In this document: positions 1 through 11,620 of the stretch, piece by piece | How the letters are laid out: each line of letters opens with the position of its first letter | Position numbering within the stretch: the first letter of the stretch is position 1 | Assembly (NCBI GenBank): GCA_049320885.1 | Contig: JBMORA010000047.1 | Span: 1 to 64,000, forward strand | Reading direction: 5' to 3' | DNA length: 64,000 bases | Origin: Thermodesulfobacteriota bacterium | Lineage (GTDB): Bacteria > Desulfobacterota > Desulfobacteria > Desulfobacterales > SURF-7 | Translations under genes and position numbers: made by a program | Notes under the pieces: model-generated | Databases searched by the model: none | Seen by the model: the letters and a program-made list of their open reading frames with translations, nothing else | Told to the model about the DNA's origin: nothing

Positions 1-50
1 TGCTTTGGAAAGATGTGAAACGGGCGCAAACCCTTTAGAAATAAGGGGAA

Positions 51-104
51 AAAGAAAGCCCGTCTACCCAGAGAATCACTCTGGAGAGACGGGTTGTCTT
101 TTTT
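51..104. terminator. Intrinsic terminator downstream of tmRNA, possibly bidirectional
   Basis: Interrupted hairpin CCCGTCT/CCAGAG..CTCTGG/AGACGGG, with an A-rich run on the left and a T-rich run on the right, next to the tmRNA 3' end. Confidence 0.7.
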
Positions 105-108
105 CAAA

Positions 109-462
109 TGGTGGAGGCGGCGGGAGTTGAACCCGCGTCCGAAAACATTCCACACTGGCATCTACATGCGTATCCTGAAATTTAAGTTTCGCCGACCCAA
201 GTCTCCTCCAGGCAGGATGCTTGGGTGGCTATCCCGTAAGGTTCTCGCCGGTCATGAAACGGGCGTCCAGGACCAGCCAGCCTGCGAAGTCGACGCCCAA
301 TCCGGATCTGCAGGCGCGATCCGGGAGGACGTTGGCCAGCTTACGCGGCCAAGGCGTAGTTATAATCGTCTGCGATTATATTTATTCCCGCCCTTTAACG
401 AGATGGCGGAACTCGGCATGCAACCAGAGCTTCTTTATCCCCGTCGAAGCCGTTTCGCCCCC
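109..462 (-). ncRNA. ssrA: tmRNA (SsrA); tag reading frame 373-341 encodes ADDYNYALAA*
   Basis: 5' end GGGGGCGAAACGGCTTCGAC; 3' T-arm and acceptor GGACGCGGGTTCAACTCCCGCCGCCTCCACCA; tag ends in ALAA; lies directly downstream of smpB. Confidence 0.98.
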
Positions 463-526
463 AGTGTTGGTTGAACCTTGCCAAAGAACTCGCGCGGGTT
501 GTCGAAAACCCCGCACTCATGAACGC

Positions 527-555
527 AATCTATGCGCTCCAGACCGCTTTGTCAA
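527..555 (-). promoter_or_regulatory. sigma70 promoter for ssrA
   Basis: TTGACA-N17-TAGATT on the minus strand, about 60 nt upstream of the mature tmRNA 5' end. Confidence 0.7.
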
Positions 556-573
556 GCGTGATCCGGCGGCAAA

Positions 574-1041
574 TCAACTATTGTAGTGTTTCTTGCGGTC
601 CCTATCCAGGTCGCGATTGGCTTCGCGCTGCTTGATGGTTTCCCGTTTGTCGTATTTTTTCTTGCCCCGGGCCAGGGCGATGACCAGTTTGGCCTTGCCG
701 CCTTTGAAATAGATTTTCAGGGGAATGAGGGAAAACCCTTTTTCATTGATTTTGCCGTACAGACGCTTGATTTCCTGCTTGTGCAGCAGGAGCTTCCGGG
801 GGCGCTCCGGCTCGTGGTTGTCATAATAGGCAAACGGGTAGGGGCTGATGTGCAGCTGGTAAATAAACACCTCGCCGTTTTTGATCCGGGCATAGGCGTC
901 CTTCAGGTTGGCGCGGCCATCCCGCAGGGATTTGACTTCCGTACCCTTGAGCACCATCCCGGCCTCGATCTGGTCGTCGATGAAGTATTCGTGAGCCGCC
1001 TTTTTGTTCACGGCGATGATTTTTACATGTTTGTTTTCCAA
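574..1041 (-). CDS. smpB: SsrA-binding protein SmpB (TTG start)
   Basis: NKKA.HEYFI, EAGMVLKGTEVKSLR, RKLLLHK and GKKKYDKRE motifs; GGAG RBS; adjacent to ssrA. Confidence 0.98.
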   Translation of the reverse strand: MENKHVKIIAVNKKAAHEYFIDDQIEAGMVLKGTEVKSLRDGRANLKDAYARIKNGEVFIYQLHISPYPFAYYDNHEPERPRKLLLHKQEIKRLYGKINEKGFSLIPLKIYFKGGKAKLVIALARGKKKYDKRETIKQREANRDLDRDRKKHYNS

Positions 1042-1108
1042 GGATTGACAACTCCAACCAATTGATCGCCCGGATCATGCCGGTGGGCGAAATTCTCCTG
1101 ATGATGGT

Positions 1109-2872
<1,764 letters not shown>

Positions 2873-2879
2873 CCCTGTC

Positions 2880-3161
2880 TCATTCTCCGAATCCGTTTTC
2901 AATTAGGGCCAAGATCCTTTCCATTACATCCCGATCCTCGGGGTCTTCGATATGAAGCGTCAGTTCGGTGCCCATGAATGCGGCGAGGGTCAGCAGGTCG
3001 ATGATACTGGAAGCATCGACTTTTTCGTGGCCCTTTGTAATCCAGACTTTCCGTTTCGCGGTTCTGGCGATTTCCGCAATCCGCGCGGCAGGTCGTGCAT
3101 GCAACCCAAGTTCATTCCGGATGGAAACACGTGCGGAGAACGCTTCTGGCAGCTTATTCAT
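2880..3161 (-). CDS. ptsH: HPr phosphocarrier protein
   Basis: GLHARPAA (His15) and DASSII (Ser46) motifs; start trimmed to MNKLPE. Confidence 0.93.
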   Translation of the reverse strand: MNKLPEAFSARVSIRNELGLHARPAARIAEIARTAKRKVWITKGHEKVDASSIIDLLTLAAFMGTELTLHIEDPEDRDVMERILALIENGFGE

Positions 3162-3457
3162 TGATACCTGGAACCATGGTCGCAACACACAATGATCATG
3201 GGGTAATCCAATACCGATTCTATCATGATCCATATCGTTAAAGTGCGGAACTTTTAACACGGCGTATCGCAATAGTCAATTTGATTCATTTTGTAATTTT
3301 ACAGACCATATGATAAAAAGAACATTCATTCGCATGGGGATGAATGAGATGGACCGAAGAACGGACAATGCCTGCGCCGCGAAGGCGGTTCCCATGGCGC
3401 CCTGGATGGAGTGAACGATGCGCGCGCGTGGGGTGAGAGCGGAAAAAGGAGAGGATT

Positions 3458-4045
3458 ATGATCGGTTTTCTGGTATTTCTCGGGGTGGTGGTGCTGGTGG
3501 TGGTGGCCTGCATCGTTTTGTACAACAGTCTCGTCACATTGCGCAACCGCTACAAAAACGCCTATAGCCAGATCGACGTGCAATTGAAAAGACGTTATGA
3601 TCTGATTCCCAACCTGGTGGAAACCGCCAAGGGGTATCTGAAACATGAGCGGGAAACCCTGGAGGCGGTGATCAACGCCAGAAACAGGGCCAGCGCTGCA
3701 AACCAGCAGGCTGCCGCGAACCCGGGTGACGCCTCCGCCATGCGGGGCCTGAGCGGAGCCGAGACCGCCCTGTCCGGGGCCCTGGGGCGGTTTGTGGCCC
3801 TGGCGGAGCAGTATCCGGACCTCAAAGCCAACCAGACCATGGCGCAACTCATGGAAGAGCTTTCCTCCACGGAGAACAAAGTCGCTTTTTCCCGTCAGGC
3901 CTACAACGACGCGGTGACGGAATACAATACTGCAAGGGAGAAGTTTCCCAACGTGATCATCGCCTCCTCCTTCGGATTTCAGGAGGCGGCGCTTTTCGAA
4001 ATCAGCGCGCCCCAGGAGAGGGAAGCGGTGAAGGTTTCTTTTTGA
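3458..4045 (+). CDS. lemA: LemA family protein
   Basis: N-terminal TM helix, YNSLV.LRN, IDVQLKRRYDLIPNLVET, EQYPDLKAN, RQAYNDAV..YN. Confidence 0.95.
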   Translation: MIGFLVFLGVVVLVVVACIVLYNSLVTLRNRYKNAYSQIDVQLKRRYDLIPNLVETAKGYLKHERETLEAVINARNRASAANQQAAANPGDASAMRGLSGAETALSGALGRFVALAEQYPDLKANQTMAQLMEELSSTENKVAFSRQAYNDAVTEYNTAREKFPNVIIASSFGFQEAALFEISAPQEREAVKVSF

Positions 4046-4070
4046 TCCGTCATGAAGGGAGGCGTCAATA

Positions 4071-6071
4071 ATGGCCAGGTCACGCGCCACCATGGATTTC
4101 TTCGCTCACCAGGATGCGGCCCGCAGGAATACCTTCCTGTTGACCCTGTATTTCATCCTGGCTGTTTTCTTCATTGTCTGCGGTGTGTATCTGGCCGTCG
4201 TGGCCGCCTGGAACCTGGCCATGGAAGGCGGCGGAGGGCTTCTGCTGTGGAATTCCACTTTGTTCGGACAGATCGCGGCGGGGGTCTGCGCCCTTATTCT
4301 CATCGGCAGTCTGTATAAAATCATCGTTCTTTCCAAAGGTGGGGAAAAGGTGGCGGAAATGCTCGGGGCCGTTCAGATCGCCCCGGACACAACGGATCCG
4401 GAGGATCGCAAGCTCCTGAATGTGGTGGAAGAAATGGCCATTGCTTCCGGAGTCCCGGTTCCGCGGGTATATGCGCTGCGCCGGGAAAAGGGCATCAATG
4501 CGTTCGCGGCTGGTTTTTCCACCGGCGACGCCGTTATCGCCGTGACCCAGGGCTGTCTCTCCCACCTCAGCCGGGATGAGCTTCAGGGTGTGGTGGCCCA
4601 TGAATTCAGCCATATCTTTAACGGCGACATGCGCCTGAACATCCGGCTCATGGGTATCATCAACGGCATTCTGGTGATCGCCCTCATTGGTCGCATCATC
4701 CTTCGCTCCATGTCGTCGAGCAGGTCGTCCGGCTCCAGGAGCAAGAAAGGCGGCGGCGGTCTGCCCGTCGTGGTGCTGGGCCTGGCGCTTCTGGCGGTGG
4801 GGTACATCGGGGTTTTTTTCGGCAAACTGATCAAGAGCGCCGTTTCCCGGCAGCGTGAATTCCTGGCGGATGCCTCCGCCGTGCAATTCACCCGCAATCC
4901 ATCGGGCATCAGCGGCGCCTTGAAAAAAATCGGCGGATTCGAATCGGGTTCCCGGGTGAATTCCGTTCACGCGGAAGACGTCAGCCACTTGTTTTTTGTC
5001 AACGGCCTGCGGGATTCCTTTGCCCGACTGCTTTCCACCCATCCGAGCCTCGAGGAGCGCATCCGGCGCATCGATCCCTTGTTTTCCCGGCTGCCCTCCG
5101 GGTCGAAAACCGCGGGTGAGGGGGGGGGCGGGATGGAAGAGTCCGCCGGCTTTCAAGCCTTTGCTCCGGGGGAGGGCGGCGATGGTTCGGAACAAGTTAA
5201 GGTGCGGGTTGCGCCGGACCGGGTTTTGGCAATGGTGGGCGCTCCGCAGCAGGAGCACCTGGAGCATGCCGCCCGACTGCTTTCCGGGCTTCCGGCGGCC
5301 GTGGTCGAGGCGGCCCGCGAGGCCTTCGGCGCCAGGGCGCTGATGTACTGCCTTCTGCTCGATCACCGGGAAGCGATCCGGAAGCGCCAAATGGAGAACC
5401 TCAACAACCAAACGGAGAATGCGGTAACCGATCTCGTCCGGCAACTGTCCCCGGTTGTGGATACCATCGGCGCCGGATACCGGTTGGCCTTGCTGGATAT
5501 GGCGCTTCCGGCGTTGCGGGGTCTATCCGCCGAACAGTATCGCGGCTTCCGGACTGCGCTCGAAGGTCTGGTTGCCGCCGACGCCGAGATCAGCCTTTTT
5601 GAACACGCCCTGCAATATGCCGTGACCCGTCATCTGGAACCCATTCTGTCCGGCAGACCGGCGATCCATGTCCGATACCACAGCGTCGATCCGATTCGGG
5701 TCGAACTGACGGAACTGTTGTCGATCATCAGCTGGCAAGGGAATTCACTGCCGGCGCAGGCGGAAAAAGCCTTTCAAAAAGGGCTGCGGACCCTCGGCGA
5801 AGAGGCCGGAGCGGGGGGAATCCTGCCGGCTGAAAAATGCTCCGATCTGGGGCTGATGAAGGCTTCCCTGGATCGCCTCCGCCATGCTTCCCCCAAGATC
5901 AAAAAACGTATTCTGTCGGCCTGTATCCACTGCATCTGTTCCGATGAGTGGATTACGGTCCAGGAGGCGGAGCTGATCCGGATTGTGGCCGACGGCCTGG
6001 ATTGCCCGGTGCCGCTGATCACTGTCGGCTCCCTGGCCGGAAAACCGGTCGTCACTGAATATTCTCCCTGA
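4071..6071 (+). CDS. M48 (HtpX-like) Zn metallopeptidase with a long C-terminal extension; start may be 4092
   Basis: INAFAAG, HEFSH (HExxH), SRQREFLADA, THPSLEERI; usual partner of lemA. Confidence 0.9.
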   Translation: MARSRATMDFFAHQDAARRNTFLLTLYFILAVFFIVCGVYLAVVAAWNLAMEGGGGLLLWNSTLFGQIAAGVCALILIGSLYKIIVLSKGGEKVAEMLGAVQIAPDTTDPEDRKLLNVVEEMAIASGVPVPRVYALRREKGINAFAAGFSTGDAVIAVTQGCLSHLSRDELQGVVAHEFSHIFNGDMRLNIRLMGIINGILVIALIGRIILRSMSSSRSSGSRSKKGGGGLPVVVLGLALLAVGYIGVFFGKLIKSAVSRQREFLADASAVQFTRNPSGISGALKKIGGFESGSRVNSVHAEDVSHLFFVNGLRDSFARLLSTHPSLEERIRRIDPLFSRLPSGSKTAGEGGGGMEESAGFQAFAPGEGGDGSEQVKVRVAPDRVLAMVGAPQQEHLEHAARLLSGLPAAVVEAAREAFGARALMYCLLLDHREAIRKRQMENLNNQTENAVTDLVRQLSPVVDTIGAGYRLALLDMALPALRGLSAEQYRGFRTALEGLVAADAEISLFEHALQYAVTRHLEPILSGRPAIHVRYHSVDPIRVELTELLSIISWQGNSLPAQAEKAFQKGLRTLGEEAGAGGILPAEKCSDLGLMKASLDRLRHASPKIKKRILSACIHCICSDEWITVQEAELIRIVADGLDCPVPLITVGSLAGKPVVTEYSP

Positions 6072-6089
6072 CAAAGCAAGGCCGCGGGA

Positions 6090-8387
6090 TCAGATTTCTT
6101 TTTCAAGAGCATTTTTCAGGGCCATCCCCAGGTGCTGTATCTGATAGGGTTTTTTAATGTAGGCCCGGGCGCCGATGCGCAGGGTCTCCTTGATCCGTTG
6201 GGTTTCGGAATAGCCGCTGACGATGACGGCTTTCTGGTCCGGGCGGATTTCGAGGATGCGTCTGTAAGTGTCGAGACCGTCCATGCCCGGCTCCATGATC
6301 ATATCCAGAATCAGCAGATCCGCCTTGTGGTTCTGGAGAAAGGCGACGACCTCCTCGCCGCTGCCGAAGGCGGTGCTCCGGTAATTCAGTTTCGCCAGCA
6401 TGGCGGTCAAGATTTCACGTTGTTCCGGAACGTCATCCACAACGGCGATGATCTCTCCGTTCCCCATGCAGTCGGTGATCGGCGCTAAAATGGTTTCCTT
6501 GCCGACCTCATCCCAGGTCACTGGAAAAAACAACTCGAAAACGGTTCCCTGCCCGACGACGCTGTCGATGTTGATATATCCTTTGTGATCCTGAATGGTT
6601 CCCCAGACAACGGACATCCCCAGACCGGTTCCGCTCCGTCCCATGATTTTTTTGGTGTAAAAGGGTTCAAAAATGCGTTCCCTGTCCTCCGGGGCGATTC
6701 CGCTGCCTTTGTCCCGGACGCACAGCACAGCGTAATTGCCTTCCTCGATATGCTGATATCCCGCAAAGAGGCTGTCGATGTATCGGTTTTCCGTGGTGAT
6801 GAGGATTTCCCCTCCCCCGGGTTGGGCCTCGGCGGCATTGATGACCAGGTTCATGAGCAGCTTGGACAGATGCACCGGGGACCCTTTGCTGTTCAGTAGA
6901 TCGTTTGCCAGACAGGTGCGGAAGTGGATGCCGCCATGATCGGCCTTCAGTTTGGCGTGTTCCCCGGATTTGAGATAATCCGTCACGATCCGGTTGAGGT
7001 TGAGGGGCTCCATTTTGACGACACCCCGTCTGGCCAGGGCCAACAGGTCTTCCACAATCGCGGCCGCTTTCCGTCCGGACGCCTGTATCTTTTCGAGCGG
7101 GCCTTTGAGGGGGCTGTTTTCCGGCAGGCTCATCAGGAGTATTTCCGGATAACTGACCGCACCGGTGAGCACATTGTTCAGATCGTGGGCCACCCCGCCG
7201 GCCAGCAAGCCCAGGGATTCCATTTTCTGCATGCGGCCTAGTTGTTCCTCCAGCTCTTTCTTTTCTTTTTCCGCGGTGATTTTGTCCGTGATATCCCGGA
7301 TGATCCCCCTGAACCCGACCGGTGTAAGATCGGCATCCCGGATCAGGGAAACCGACATCTCGACATGGCGGGGTTCGCCGGCTTTGGGGATGATTTCAAA
7401 ATGCGCGTTTTTAACGGGGTTCCCGGTTTGGAACACCCGGTTGAATTCCAGGAACATTCTTTTGGATGCTTCCGGGGACGAGTAGGCGCGGTTGTTCATC
7501 CCCAGGGATTCCGACCGCTCATAACCGATGATCCGACACATGGCGTCGTTCAGGTAGGTGAGGTTTCCGGCGAGATCCACTTCGAAGTAGCCTTCTTCGA
7601 TCCGCTCGAGGATATTCCGGTGGCGCTCCTCGCTCTTGCGAAGGGCTTCCTCCGCGAGCCGGCGCTCGGCCATTTCGGCTTCCAGCTCCTGATTGATCTG
7701 CGTCAGGGCCGCGGTTCTTTCAAGGACCCGCTGTTCCAGCAGCCGGTTGCTGGCGACGACTTTTTCCTGTTCCTCCGTAAGCCTGCGGGTGAGAAAGAAG
7801 TCCCGGCGTTCATGGTATTCCATGATATAACAGGCGAAAAGTCCGATGAAATTGGCGCTGATGAAAAAAAAATTATTTTGAACCAGAATGGAAAGCGGGG
7901 TGTCGCAGAGCCAGACAGCGGCGATTTCGTACAGGACCATGGTGATGAAACCGGCGCTCATGGCGGTGATGAAACGGGCCCGGATCAAAGTGTAGCCGAA
8001 CATGAAAATCAGTATGATTCCGGCATAATAGGAAAAACCGACCCGATCCGGCGCCAGCACGATCATGGCGATGATCCCGAGGCTGCCGACAACGACCAGG
8101 GCCGCCAGGGATAACTGAAAAAAACGGATATAGACCGATGAGTAGGAGAGCAGAAGGACCGCCAGAATCGACGGGCAGACGATTCCGAAGCGGATAAACC
8201 AGAATTCCGATTTCATTTCCGGCACCACGAAGGCGTCCAGTACGCTGAAAACGGCGTAGAAAAAGATTCCGGCCGAAAGGGACAGGCGCAGTTGCGGCAG
8301 GGATTTTTCAAAATATTGGTGAAGAAATTCCGTTTCCAGCGATTCTGAGTCGGCGGTGAACTTCAGGGTGAGGGGATGGAGCTGCAT
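6090..8387 (-). CDS. Hybrid sensor histidine kinase (multi-TM input, PAS, HisKA, HATPase, REC)
   Basis: About six TM helices, PAS (YLNDAMC), AHDLNN H-box, [14 protein letters not shown]-terminal receiver LILDMIM. Confidence 0.93.
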   Translation of the reverse strand: MQLHPLTLKFTADSESLETEFLHQYFEKSLPQLRLSLSAGIFFYAVFSVLDAFVVPEMKSEFWFIRFGIVCPSILAVLLLSYSSVYIRFFQLSLAALVVVGSLGIIAMIVLAPDRVGFSYYAGIILIFMFGYTLIRARFITAMSAGFITMVLYEIAAVWLCDTPLSILVQNNFFFISANFIGLFACYIMEYHERRDFFLTRRLTEEQEKVVASNRLLEQRVLERTAALTQINQELEAEMAERRLAEEALRKSEERHRNILERIEEGYFEVDLAGNLTYLNDAMCRIIGYERSESLGMNNRAYSSPEASKRMFLEFNRVFQTGNPVKNAHFEIIPKAGEPRHVEMSVSLIRDADLTPVGFRGIIRDITDKITAEKEKKELEEQLGRMQKMESLGLLAGGVAHDLNNVLTGAVSYPEILLMSLPENSPLKGPLEKIQASGRKAAAIVEDLLALARRGVVKMEPLNLNRIVTDYLKSGEHAKLKADHGGIHFRTCLANDLLNSKGSPVHLSKLLMNLVINAAEAQPGGGEILITTENRYIDSLFAGYQHIEEGNYAVLCVRDKGSGIAPEDRERIFEPFYTKKIMGRSGTGLGMSVVWGTIQDHKGYINIDSVVGQGTVFELFFPVTWDEVGKETILAPITDCMGNGEIIAVVDDVPEQREILTAMLAKLNYRSTAFGSGEEVVAFLQNHKADLLILDMIMEPGMDGLDTYRRILEIRPDQKAVIVSGYSETQRIKETLRIGARAYIKKPYQIQHLGMALKNALEKEI

Positions 8388-8393
8388 TTTAAA

Positions 8394-8422
8394 AAAATAG
8401 CATAATGGAATAATTTTGGCAA
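8394..8422 (-). promoter_or_regulatory. Candidate sigma70 promoter giving a leaderless kinase mRNA
   Basis: TTGCCA-N17-TATTTT with a TGn extension, ending 6 nt before the ATG at 8387; no Shine-Dalgarno. Confidence 0.45.
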
Positions 8423-8443
8423 GTTCTGCGACTATAAAAAAAC

Positions 8444-8459
8444 TTGACTATACAGTCAA
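8444..8459. promoter_or_regulatory. Palindromic operator TTGACT-ATAC-AGTCAA overlapping a -35 box
   Basis: Perfect 6-bp inverted repeat flanked by an A tract and a T tract, in the divergent intergenic region. Confidence 0.55.
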
Positions 8460-8551
8460 TTTTTTGCAATATGCATCAGCCGGCTGTTGCGGATGAACGG
8501 CGCGATGGAATCGGCGGCCCAGGATTATGGTACGCGGAAAGGATGGGACCA

Positions 8552-9439
8552 ATGATGAGGGAATCCACCAGGTGGATGTTGAAAAAGCATGGATGGCGGA
8601 TCGATCGCTTCATTCACAACTATGTGTATTTTGTTTTTTACTACCCGTATGTCAAGACCGTCGGCATCCTGCTGCCCCTGGTGGATCATGTCCGCTGGTT
8701 CAAACCCCTTGCCGTTCTCGGCCGCATGGTGTTCAGCCGCTATCATTCCAAGGTCCTTTCCTTCGGCGACGCGAAACAGATATTTTCACTGAATCAGGAC
8801 ATCCGTTATGTCGCCGAGGCGAATAAACAGATCATTCCATTCAAATATGCAACCAAAATCATTTTTCAGGAGCCTCGTCATATCGCCATCATGGATTGTC
8901 CCTGCAAAAAGGCGACGAACACCTGCGAGCCCGTCAAGTCCTGCATCGCCGTGGGGAAACAGCTGGCAACCTTCTGGCTCGATCATTGCCAGAAGTATCA
9001 TGCGGAAAGGATTACCCAGGAGGAGGCCCTGGAAGTGATTCGGCGGTTCAGGCAGCAGGGTCATGTGACCCAGGCGTTTTTCAAGGTGGCCACCGGCGGC
9101 AGCACCGGGGTGATCTGCAACTGTTGCCCGGATTGCTGCGTCAGCCTTAAGGCCACGCGGTATACCCGGAAGATCGACAGCCGCCTGGCCATGAACGCAC
9201 CGTCCGGATATTCCATACGGCATGACGCCGGCAAATGCGATCTGTGCGGAACATGCCGGGAGGTGTGCCATTTCGCCGCCATCGACATCGCTGACGGCGT
9301 CCGCAGGTACGACCCGTCGGAATGCATGGGCTGTGAACTTTGCGTGGAACAATGCCCCCGGAATGCCCTGGAGCTTTTCGTGGACCCGAAAAAACCACTG
9401 CCCCTTGATCTGGACAGGATTCAGAGGACTTATGAATAG
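8552..9439 (+). CDS. Fe-S protein with a CNCC motif and C-terminal 2x[4Fe-4S] ferredoxin domain
   Basis: DCPCK..C..C, ICNCCPDCC, CDLCGTC..VC, CMGCELCVEQCP; start chosen from the AAGGA RBS. Confidence 0.85.
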   Translation: MMRESTRWMLKKHGWRIDRFIHNYVYFVFYYPYVKTVGILLPLVDHVRWFKPLAVLGRMVFSRYHSKVLSFGDAKQIFSLNQDIRYVAEANKQIIPFKYATKIIFQEPRHIAIMDCPCKKATNTCEPVKSCIAVGKQLATFWLDHCQKYHAERITQEEALEVIRRFRQQGHVTQAFFKVATGGSTGVICNCCPDCCVSLKATRYTRKIDSRLAMNAPSGYSIRHDAGKCDLCGTCREVCHFAAIDIADGVRRYDPSECMGCELCVEQCPRNALELFVDPKKPLPLDLDRIQRTYE

Positions 9440-10727
9440 GGAATACGATGTGATCGTGGTCGGATCCGGCGCCGGAGGAGCTGCCGTGGCTTGCGAATTG
9501 ACCCGGGCGGGTAAAAAAGTGCTCCTGCTGGAGCGCGGTGGCAGGACGAGGATCATGGGCAACACCCTCACCGTGGCGCTGTCGCTGGAAAAATTCGGTC
9601 TCACCCGCAGCCGGGAAAAGAATACGGTGGTGTTCGGCAACAATTACGGCGGCCTCTCCCTTTTGTCCGCCGGGTGCGCCATCCCGCCGCAGAAGAGCAT
9701 TTTCGATCCGGTGGGCGTCGATCTATGCGCGGAAACCGAATCCGCCCGGAAGGAGATGTGGGTTCAGGTTCTTCCGGATGAGCTGGCGGGGGCTGTCAAC
9801 CTGCGGTTGCTGGAGGCCGCCAATGACGCCGGATTTCATTGGCAGCGTGTGGAGAATTTCATCGACGCCCGAAAATGCCGTCCGGACTGCGGAGCCTGCA
9901 TGCTCGGTTGTCCCACCGGCGCTAAATGGAACGCCCGGGTATATGCCGATGAGGCGATTGCGGGCGGCGCGGATCTGAGGCTGCATACCACGGTTTCGTC
10001 GGTCCTGATGGAAAACGGCAAGGCGGTGGGCGTGGAGGGTCGCCGGCTGGGCCGCAAGGTGTCCTACCATTCCAAGGCGGTTGTCCTGTCAGCCGGAACC
10101 GGTAATGTTTCCATCCTCCGGAAAGCCGGTATCCGGGAGGCCGGAAACGGTTTTTGCTGCGACTGGCTGCAGTTTGTGGGCGGCATTATTCCGGGAATGC
10201 GGACAGGGCGCTCCAATCCCATGACGGTCGGCACCATGGAACATTATGAAGCGGACGGGATCGCGATCATGCCGGTTTTTCCGAACTGGGCCCAGTTCGC
10301 CGTCATGCTTGGATTCATGGGAGGCAAGGCGCTCCGGAGGCTGCCGGATTTTTGGCGCTATACCGGGCTGATGGTGAAAATCCGGGACGAGCGTCAAGGC
10401 GCGATTTTTGGGGGGACTTCCTTTTCCAAACCGATCACCCGGGACGATATGGCAAAATTGAATAAGGGGATCGAGATCATTCGAAAGATCCTGAAGAAGG
10501 CCGGGGCCGACATGAACCGCATCCTGGTGTTGAAGCCTTCCGGCGCCCACCCTTCCGCCACTTGCGGCATCGGTCGGGTGGTGGACGGGAATCTTCAGAC
10601 GGCAATTGCGAACCTGTATTGTTGCGACAGCAGCGTTTTCCCGTCCTCGCTGGGCACGCCCACGGTGTGGACCAATGTCGCCCTGGGCAAACGCCTCGGG
10701 AAACATCTCTCCGGAAAAACGGGGTAG
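9432..10727 (+). CDS. GMC-family FAD-dependent oxidoreductase
   Basis: YDVIVVGSGAGG Rossmann motif, CGACMLGCP, VVLSAG, AHPSATC, D.SVFP; ATG overlaps the upstream stop codon. Confidence 0.88.
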   Translation: MNREYDVIVVGSGAGGAAVACELTRAGKKVLLLERGGRTRIMGNTLTVALSLEKFGLTRSREKNTVVFGNNYGGLSLLSAGCAIPPQKSIFDPVGVDLCAETESARKEMWVQVLPDELAGAVNLRLLEAANDAGFHWQRVENFIDARKCRPDCGACMLGCPTGAKWNARVYADEAIAGGADLRLHTTVSSVLMENGKAVGVEGRRLGRKVSYHSKAVVLSAGTGNVSILRKAGIREAGNGFCCDWLQFVGGIIPGMRTGRSNPMTVGTMEHYEADGIAIMPVFPNWAQFAVMLGFMGGKALRRLPDFWRYTGLMVKIRDERQGAIFGGTSFSKPITRDDMAKLNKGIEIIRKILKKAGADMNRILVLKPSGAHPSATCGIGRVVDGNLQTAIANLYCCDSSVFPSSLGTPTVWTNVALGKRLGKHLSGKTG

Positions 10728-10740
10728 GCGGAGCGGTCCG

Positions 10741-11445
10741 TCAGGAAGCCAATTCCGTCCAGTGGCCGATGTCGATTTTTTCCGAATGCGGTTCGAAGCG
10801 GGCGATGAGGCCTGTTCCGTGCCATCCCGGAATCACCTGAAGCCGACCGCCGCGCAGGCCGCGATAGGCATAGGCCTGGTGAAAATGTCCCACGAAAATG
10901 GTCCGGACACCGCTGTTGAACCGGTCTTCCGCGAACCGGTCGATGAGCGTGTACGGGACATGTTTCCGGAAATCATGGTTGGTGTTTTTCAGCAGCCGTT
11001 TCAGAACCCGCCCCATTTGCGGTCCAAAGGGAAGCCGGTGCAGAATGTGGCGGGTGACGGGATTCTTGGCCGCTTTCCGGAAACGCAGGTATTGCCTGTC
11101 CAGCCGGTTGAGTTGATCCCCATGGCAGTAGACGGTTTCCTGTTCATCCCGCCAGGCTTCGTCCGCGGTGCACCAGGTGAAAAAGTCCCGCCGTTCACGG
11201 GCGACGAAATATTCATGATTCCCTTCCATGAATCCGATGCGGCGGTGTTTCAACTGCTCGCGGCACCAGGAGAGGAAGGAACGGTGGGTTTCCGTTTCAT
11301 AGCGTTCCATACCGATCCACAAGTCGAAAATATCCCCGAGGAACACGACATCCTGATCGGTTGCTTCCAGGGCCGCCAGCATCTGGAAAAACTCCAACGC
11401 CGCTTCGGTATGATGGTCGATGTGCGCGTCCGTGATAATGATCAT
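10741..11445 (-). CDS. lpxH: UDP-2,3-diacylglucosamine hydrolase-like metallophosphoesterase
   Basis: DAH, LGDIFDLW, EGNHE, HGD and GHFH calcineurin-like motifs. Confidence 0.75.
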   Translation of the reverse strand: MIIITDAHIDHHTEAALEFFQMLAALEATDQDVVFLGDIFDLWIGMERYETETHRSFLSWCREQLKHRRIGFMEGNHEYFVARERRDFFTWCTADEAWRDEQETVYCHGDQLNRLDRQYLRFRKAAKNPVTRHILHRLPFGPQMGRVLKRLLKNTNHDFRKHVPYTLIDRFAEDRFNSGVRTIFVGHFHQAYAYRGLRGGRLQVIPGWHGTGLIARFEPHSEKIDIGHWTELAS

Positions 11446-11620
11446 CGGTTCTTTTCGAACCCTCCGATATACATGATCCGTTTCCGCCGGATTCAGGCCG
11501 GATATCCCGCTGAAGCATCGTGCTTGCTCGATGAATTGCCTGCATGATATGTATCATGACGCATGGGAAGTGTCCACACGGGACCATGGGAAAAAAGGAA
11601 TGTAAGCCGGGAAGAAGGGC

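Noticed and set aside
20..62. GCAAACCC..GAAA..GGGG resembling a c-di-GMP-I riboswitch P2 stem
   Set aside because: It lacks the GACGCAAAGC junction, and the only gene downstream on that side is the antisense tmRNA.
94..586. Plus-strand ORFs of 126 and 121 aa
   Set aside because: They are antisense to tmRNA and show no protein motifs.
5120..5128. G9 tract in the M48 peptidase as a phase-variation site
   Set aside because: It is in frame and encodes a Gly linker; similar G runs occur elsewhere in this GC-rich sequence, and there are no read data to support variation.
11543..11558. Palindrome CATGATA-TG-TATCATG upstream of cheX
   Set aside because: A single 7-bp repeat with no second copy noticed and no candidate regulator; chance cannot be excluded.
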